A stretch of DNA of 57,366 nucleotides, filler included, from Porpidia crustulata (Eukaryota): assembly GCA_964255105.1 (NCBI GenBank). It is 7 parts of 7 records of this genome, joined end to end, with 100 filler letters (N's around TTAATTAATTAA, not from the genome) between each part and the next. Parts side by side here need not be neighbours in the genome. Positions count along the whole stretch, not along the records: positions 49,282 to 57,366 come from CAXUWE010001171.1; 6 more parts are not named here. One strand, written 5' to 3'. Under the pieces are notes generated by a model. That model was not told the origin of the DNA and searched no databases. It saw only the letters and a program-made list of their open reading frames with translations. Position 1 is the stretch's first letter. Each line of letters opens with the position of its first letter. Shown here piece by piece: positions 50,559 through 57,366 of this stretch. The position numbers and the translations under genes are program-made.

Positions 50559-52460
50559 TCAAGCCTCCTCCATCTGCCCCGGCGTCGACGAGGTGCTGGA
50601 ATCCTGACTCGCCTTCTCCTCACGATCGTGCTTCTTCTTGTACCGGAATGCAATTAGCTGCAACATCGCCGCAACGAACAAGCACCCACCGGACCAGTAC
50701 CCAATGCTATCGTAGTCGGCACTGGCTCCGTTCTTCACCAAGGCGCCGGTGGTCAAGGAGCCGCCGAGGGCGAACACGGAGGCCTGGCACCACATCTGAC
50801 CGGTCCAGTGACCGAGGGATTGCCGGTGATCGTGTGGAATCAAGTATGCCATACCGGCTGCTGGCATGCCGACGATGACGCCGCCGAAAATGCCGAAGAG
50901 AATGCAGAAAGCTACCGCTCCTTCGGTAGTGGTAACGAGTGGCCATAGCAGTAGGGTGAAGATGGCGGCAAGCACGGTCGCTGTTGCGTGGGTGTAGATG
51001 GGATTTGTCCAGCTGCTCGATAGTCAGTATTGACGTTCTTCGGCGAAGGGAGAATCATCGTACCTTCTCGACGCTACAACCGTGCCGCCGACTCGACCAA
51101 TGGCGCTGAACGCGTTTAGGATGCAGAGGAACCAAAATGTACGAAATCCGCTATCTCCTGGGACTACTCCCGTTCCTCCAAAGGTATCCTCCATTGTACC
51201 TATACTGTTCGCGTGCGCCCAGCGTGTGATATGAAAGGCGAGAGGATAGAACCCAAAGTAGACCATGCTTGTCGACATGCTGTATGCGAGAAATGCGGGG
51301 TTTCGATATGCATAGGGGTCGCACCAAGTGGAAAGTTGGAAAACTGGACCCATGCATCGGTATTGAACTTTGGGGTTTGGGCCGCAAAAGATAAAGGCGG
51401 TGAAAGTGGTGAGTCCGACAACGCCGGAAAAGATTTTAACGCCAGAAGTGAACCCCAATGTCGGGTTAGCGACGGCGAATTTGAAAACAAGAGGGTATAC
51501 CAGCCCCCCTGCATGTGTTAGCCAGAGCCATGTAGATTAGGACCGAGTGCGTTACCAAATGCGGCTCCACTGCTTGTGATACCGACCGCTATGTATCGGT
51601 GATGTGGAAACCAGTCGATGGCATTCTGCGACGAAAAGGTAAAAAAGCAGGACTGCCCCAGACCCGTCATTAAACCGGACGTTAGCCAGATGAGACCGTA
51701 GTTTCCATCGTCGGGGCCAGCCTTTCCACTCGTAAAACTCAGGCACAAGAATCCAAGAAAGTTCAGAGCGAATCCGGCAAAGCCCAGTATGTGATTGTAC
51801 CGTCCAGTGTCGAGCAACCGGCCAGCAATGAAACTAAAAAAGAGTAGGCAGAATGACTCGGTACCACCGATGAGGCTTAGTTGAGTGTCGCTAGCAAAAG
51901 TCATGAGATGTGCGTCATAGAATCCGAGAAAGGCGCCATAAGCCATGACAAGACCCCTAAGCATCTGTCAGCGACAATGACCGATGATCGATATATTCGA
52001 CTGACCAACAATTGAACATCATCATGAAACCGGACAGAAGGACAGTGTATGGACGCCACGATCGAGGCCATCCGTGGACCTCATTGACTTCTCCTGGCCC
52101 TTCTGGTGAGGCTAGAACCGGCCAACTGCCAGCAGCCGCTTTTTCGCCCGAAACAAGTTTCTTTCCTAGATAGAGAGTAATTCAGTATTCAGAGGTAGAG
52201 TGTTGGGCCATATTAGATCAAAAGCGAGAATGCAGGTTATAAGACAATCGAGCCATTAGGTTGTAAGAGACGAGGTCGTTTACAATATTACGATGAGAAC
52301 AGATGCCGAAATATAGGACGAAGAAGAAAAGACATTGCGTCCGTCAAACAGACGCCGGAAGTAGCAGGATTCAAGGTAGAGTAACGGCCTTGGAAGGGTT
52401 CATCACATACCTATGAAACTTGAACCTACCTTTAAATAGATCAAGCACCATGGTGGCCAT
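50559..52460 (-). CDS. MFS transporter, monocarboxylate porter family (Mch4/Mch5-like), multi-exon
   Basis: Exon ...W.R.WRPYTVLLSGFMMMFNC|WGLVMAYGAF, SLIGG...FIAGRLLDTG, WFPHHR.IAVGITSSGAAFG|G.VYP, LNAFSAIGR and FCILFGIFGG. The likely first exon MATMVLDLFKG (ATG 52460, donor GTAGGT) is phase-compatible with the acceptor at about 52166. Confidence 0.88.
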
Positions 52461-54884
52461 TGTACCGTTCAAGACAGAAGAAATTGCTCGAATTTATGAA
52501 AGATCAAGAGACAACGTTGAACGCAAACAAATACATCATATATATGAGCGTTTCAATGGGAGAGACACGGTCGAAACCCTCGCGGCAATTGGTGATACAG
52601 ATGACGGTACAGCCAGGCTTGGCCTCGTCGCCGCCAAGGAAAAACACGCTCCATTGAATCTCCTTGTCCTGGACTCGGAGTCCAACGTTCCGCATTGAAT
52701 GGATCGATTCCACTGTGGATCCTGTTTGAAGCTGCTCTTGGCGTGCTTCTGCCAAGAGTTCACGGTAAACAAGATATGCTTGCAGGATTCCGTGATATCT
52801 GAGAAGAGAAGGTCTATAATGGCAGTGCATAATAGTTGATTAAGAACGGTTCGACTGGGCTATCGTACCAACAGCGATGATGTTGCCATCTGCAAACTGT
52901 CCAGACATCGGCCTTGGCCGGCATATTAAGGTGGAGCTTCCACGTCAGCGTAGGGAGGTCGGGATTGTCTGAGATAGAGAAGCGATAGGCGCGCAATGAT
53001 GCTTCCAAAACTCAGGACGTTTTTCGCCATCTGCTTATCGGTGTAGCATAAACATCGACGCTGTGAAACATCATCGTGCTCAAGATGTCTTGTTCGGTCT
53101 TCGGTCGGCATGAGTACGACCTTGGCTTGACTTGGCTGGTCGTACGTTGTGCATGATTGAGTCTGGGCTAGATTGATACTTATCGTTTCATTGCAGCGGT
53201 CCGGAGGCGCGCCGACCCCGATCCGACACTCCTTTTCAAATAAACCGTTTCTCACTCCGTCCCACCCCTTGCACCCTAACAATACTTGCCTACTTCCTGG
53301 AGGCCAAGTCCCGGACTGAGGACATACAAATTGCGAAGCATAGATATTTCCTTGCAATAATTTTGCTTCGAAAATTCTAGAAGTGGTCTGCCAGATCACG
53401 CCGAGACAACAGACAGCAAAGGAACAATCACGGTACGTTTCAAGTGTCAACAAGTTCTTTGATGGAGGTGGATGCATGTGATGGACGGAGTGTGCGGGTA
53501 GTAAATTGTCAACTAAGCGCATTGTCTGAAAGGAGTATGGTCGATTTCATCTTACTTCGAGTAGACCGAATCTCCCAAAGAGTCCGCGTCACCTTGGATG
53601 TGAGATGCATAGAGGCCGACTATGACGCTGCTGCTCATGCAACTTGTAAAGTCAATATCACGGGTGTATATATACTCCGGCTATTACTTTCTGATTCGTC
53701 CCCGACAATCGTTTTCAACATGTGCCCGGTTTCTCGCAATACGATATCTCTTACCTCTCTGCTACGGTCCCGCAGCCATCGTATCGCCGTTCCTGTTGTA
53801 CTCGGCAGCTAAATGGGAGCACGGCAAAGCTGTTAGGGATGCGTACGTAGAGAGACCTTCTATTGTTCTGGTCGGACTCTTTCACCGAGATACTTAAATG
53901 CATCTATGGCGCAATAATCGCAATGACACTGAAAGTCCGAGTGGTTTTTAAAGCTCTCACAGCAAACCCGACAGGCAGTCTTCAAGTAAGGGGAGCTTTG
54001 AAGCGCTACAACATCAACGCTGTGTCACCGTCCCCCAAAAGGAAGCCGCTATATAAGCAACACATGCGCTCTGATGTCGCCTTGCTGAACGTATGGTAAA
54101 AGTTGAGTGATTCGTGAGGCCAGATTCTACGAGTATCTCAGTCCTGGCTTTAGGAGTCCAAACGTCTGACGCATCTGATGTACTGCGTATCGTAATTGTT
54201 TTTGTCCTGCCCTTAGGAACTCTACAGCCATTTCTGGAGTACAATTCCTCGTGAGATCTTTTACCTCGTTCTAAGGAGTGACTTCTCAATCTTCTGGAAA
54301 GGCCACAGTATTGTTGACTGTGTTCAGTGAGAAGGAATTTGCTACTGCGCTGGTACGAAGCTCTTGTTTTTCGAGCATATATCGACATGCGTGTGCGTAA
54401 ACCCGCCTGTCGGACAGTATCTTGTCTGCGGCCAGAATTTTAAAGGTTGGCCGACAAGGCTCTAAAGCGAAACTCTGGCGCCGGTTGTAGAAGCTCTTAT
54501 TCTCAATGTCTTCCGGCGTGACGTGGAATTGCGGGATCCCACTGAAAGTTGATGACCTGCTTGAAGGCCTGCCCGAAGATGAGTGAGAGCTGCCTTCTTC
54601 AGAGACATCAACACTTACGGTCGTTCAAACCATTGTGAAGTCATGCCTTTCTGCATTTTCACCTCCAATCTTTTTCTGCGAGCGGATTGGCGTCGAGCCT
54701 TGCGGTTGACATCCGAGAGCGCAGGCTGGTGCCAGCGTAGTGCCTGGCCTTTCAATCGAGATGTCGACGCTGACTAGGACGAGCTGCTGAGACATGATCG
54801 CGACATTTCCGAGTTGAAATTAAGGTGCGGTGAGGTCGGAGCAATCATTACAAACACGGAAACATCTAACACCGATCGCATAAG

Positions 54885-55236
54885 TAAGTGCGGTCAATGA
54901 AATAATTTTGTGGCATTTTGAAATGTGCGTGGACAACGAGGAGGTATGTGAGAGGGATGAAGGCAGTGGGGTAACCTCAATCATGGTCTCATGCTAGAGT
55001 GTGCTGAAGTGCGCGTCCCAACGACCCACGTCGAGTGGAAGCTACAGGGCTTCAACTTGTGGCCAGTGTGCGAGTGTGACAGCTTATCGATTACACTTTC
55101 GCTCTTCGCGCGTCTGCCTTGGGCGAGCGATAGTTCCGTGATCCGGTATCTAAATGCGGTACATGGAACAACGTTGTGGTAATTTTGGAGTGTGCATGGA
55201 CAATGGCGAGGTATGTGAGAGGGATTAAGGCAGCGA
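54885..55236 (+). repeat. Degenerate direct repeat of about 85 bp, 2 copies (about 54885-54968 and 55151-55236)
   Basis: taagtgcggt...ttgtggcattttgaaatgtgcgtggacaacgaggaggtatgtgagagggatgaaggcag versus taaatgcggt...ttgtggtaattttggagtgtgcatggacaatggcgaggtatgtgagagggattaaggcag. Confidence 0.8.
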
Positions 55237-55870
55237 GGCCAGTGTGTGTGTGTATATGTGTGTGAGAGAGATCAACGCAGCGGGTGTGTGTATGTGTGTG
55301 AGAGAGATCACCGCAGCGGGTGTGTGTTGTTTGTTATGTCAGGTTTATTGTCCTTATGCAAGCTAGGCTTATGAAAGACACACGACTAGTTACATTAAAC
55401 ACGCTTAATTGTGGGACGATTTTCTCGTAGGCCGAATTCTCGCTTAGCAAGTTCTCGAGACATAGCATCACTGCCGATACTGAGTTTCACAGTTCCCTCC
55501 ACCCTTACTAATTCTTAAGGAAAATGTATAAAACCCTAAGAACCCCGATATTTCCACAGCAGCTTAGTATAGCTAGCAGAAGCCTCCTTCTTGGCAGCAC
55601 CGTGTGACAGAGGTGGGATTCGAACCCACGAGCTTCGCGTTTCTCTAGCGGGGGCCGCCCTCCCCTAGCGCCTAGAGTATTAACTAGCCCTTCCAGAATG
55701 ATGCACTACCAACTGCACCACTCCCCCGTCACAGCGGGTGTGTATGTGTGTGTAAGAGCGATTAAGTCAGCGGGTGTGTGTATGTGTGTGAGAAGGACCA
55801 ATGCAGCGGGTGTGTGTACGTGTAGGAGAGAGATCAATCCAGCGGGGCCAGTGTGTGTGTGTATGGTGTG
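55231..55870 (+). repeat. TG-rich minisatellite with a 36-bp unit (about 6 copies), interrupted by a SINE
   Basis: Unit CAGCGGGTGTGTGTATGTGTGTGAGAGAGATCAACG. Copies start at 55231, 55278, 55314/55732, 55768, 55804 and 55840. Confidence 0.9.
55326..55731 (-). mobile_element. tRNA-derived SINE (about 406 bp) with 12-bp target-site duplication
   Basis: The minus-strand head (55730-55605) has A box TGGTGCAGTTGG and a perfect T arm/B box GTGGGTTCGAATCCCAC. It is followed by a tRNA-unrelated body of about 270 bp and a 3' tail ...ATAACAAACAAC. CAGCGGGTGTGT flanks it at 55314-55325 and 55732-55743. Confidence 0.8.
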
Positions 55871-56483
55871 TCACACAAGACCGTCGCTGCCCTCTAGGGG
55901 CCCTGAGCGCCCTCAATCCCTGTCGCCTCTCACCCTCTCACGCCTTTCTAGGAAAACTTCCAGAACATCAACGCATGGTGCAGCAAGGCAGTGTGGCAGT
56001 GTATTGGTCGCATTCCCGGAAGATGCAACGAATCAGACTTAGATAAATTGCGATACCGTGATGATAGGTTGACAGAATCTCGGCTACCAAGCCTCCATGG
56101 TCAGCGACGGGCCGAAGTCCTCTAAGGCCCATAGAATACACAACGCCGCAAAGTGGTGAATCCTCGTCGTCAGTCCTTGTCTGGGGCCAACGGTGAGTCT
56201 CGCTGCTGTCGCGGCATTTTACAGAGAACGTGAACTCCTGCTTCATGGAGCCGCACGGCTTCGCACTGCGAGGATTCTCTCTCATATCTAGACCTCTTGT
56301 ATAAAGACTTGGCTGCTCTCACCTCAGTTCATCGTCAAGTCGTCTTGTCTCACCTCGTCTCCGCTTCCTAACCCTTTCGCAGCAACCACCACATCGTTCT
56401 TGTTTTGTTGACTCGAGTTATTGTTTCTTCAAAGCATCTCTGGCCTGTTCTATCTTCCCCCCCTTCTCTCTGTCATTCACACC

Positions 56484-56988
56484 ATGCCTGCAGTCACATT
56501 TGCCGATCAGACCAATTCGAACGAGAATATCTATGTCCTTACAACCACCCGCATCTTGGTTGTCATCGGCATCTCTTTTCTAATTCGAAGCCTCTACCAG
56601 CTTCTTCGTTGGTCTAGAGGCTCTAATACTCTGCAACATGTAGCTAGCCCAGGTGGGTCGTCTTGTTCCTCCAAAGCATCCGATGTAGTCAACTAATATG
56701 CTTTCAGACACGCAAGTGTCCACTGATATCGATGCGGACCTCGACATTGAAGAATGTCTTTCCGGGAACGCAACAATACTATCCAATAATGTCAACGAAT
56801 ACGACACTATGGTCATTCGCCCTCTGCAGCCAGTTCACCATCGGCAAGATCGCCCAAGGCCCTACCGCCAATATCTACGCCCAAGCATTACTCGGCCGCA
56901 ATCAAACCCCCTCCCCACAACAGACAGACAGAAGGTGGACGACAGGAGCAGAGAGGCGGGACCCGATGGCGACAGGACCGAGGGATGA
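56484..56988 (+). CDS. Small single-TM hypothetical protein, 2 exons (56484-56652, 56709-56988)
   Basis: ACCATG context and TM segment ILVVIGISFLI. Intron GTGGGT...ACTAAT...TTCAG joins ORFs 56421..56696 and 56698..56988 in frame. TATAAA at 56300. Confidence 0.5.
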
Positions 56989-57366
56989 CTCACATAGTTT
57001 GATTCGGTTTATGAGAAACGACAAGTGCTTTTGTTCATGATATGATATCCGAGTTAAAACCCCTACCGCAACAGGCATGATAAAGATACAGGCTTCCAAC
57101 TCCTTCAACGACTATTGGTCACGATACCTCGATCTCGCAAGTCTTGTATGAGCACTTGAGCGCAAGCCTTTCCTCATCATTTCTCACCTCTCGCTCTCTT
57201 CCTCACCCTTACTTCCTCACCTTACTCTCAGCATCTCCAGCCTGACTTCGTCAACATCATTTCCTTTCTCTTCCTGCCCGACTCCTTTCTCCCTCCCTCT
57301 CTCCCTCCTCTCCCTTACTTTTCCAATCCTTTCTCCTTCATTCCCCTCCCCCTCATTCTTCATCCC

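Noticed and set aside
52926..53522. 198-aa ORF upstream of the MFS gene
   Set aside because: Non-ATG start, no motifs and random-like composition.
55605..55730. Functional tRNA gene (including an intron-containing tRNA or tRNA-Sec)
   Set aside because: No pairable anticodon stem with a 7-nt loop and no UCA loop. It is embedded in a TSD-flanked insert, so it is better explained as a SINE head.
55603..55733. Solo LTR (TGTGAC...GTCACA termini)
   Set aside because: No 4-5 bp TSD around these ends. The inverted repeat is the acceptor-like stem plus bases of the 12-bp TSD.
55231..55870. CRISPR-like array (36-bp period)
   Set aside because: Units are head-to-tail with no unique spacers, the context is eukaryotic and there are no cas genes.

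Overview
Eukaryotic DNA from a filamentous ascomycete (Pezizomycotina-type genes with short GT-AG introns and CTRAC/CTAAT branch points). The window is not one locus. It is seven contigs (about 8132, 8125, 8121, 8114, 8097, 8092 and 8085 bp, in decreasing length) joined by artificial 100-bp N44-TTAATTAATTAA-N44 linkers, so adjacency across linkers has no biological meaning. Recognisable genes are a flavin monooxygenase (truncated), a Chp1-like chromodomain protein (truncated), Rab11/Ypt31, two HeLo-like/STAND-N-terminal-domain genes (one with ankyrin repeats and an in-frame TAG), xylose reductase, Sds22, a Psr1-type phosphatase, a DUF4246 protein, an Aly/Yra1-like RRM protein, Med27, a probable Sae2/CtIP (truncated), an F-box protein, a CNBP/Byr3 zinc-knuckle protein, an MFS monocarboxylate-family transporter, a U6 snRNA gene and several orphans. 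The most notable observations are: (1) an apparently complete tRNA-derived SINE with a 12-bp target-site duplication inserted into a 36-bp TG-rich minisatellite; (2) a Tbf1-type telobox Myb domain inside the chromodomain protein; (3) a DUF4246 protein lacking all three putative iron ligands; (4) a U6 copy with an aberrant 3' end; and (5) CC/GG-depleted, CpG-retaining islands that suggest a non-canonical RIP-like mutation context. All family assignments come from motif recognition by eye, without database searches.
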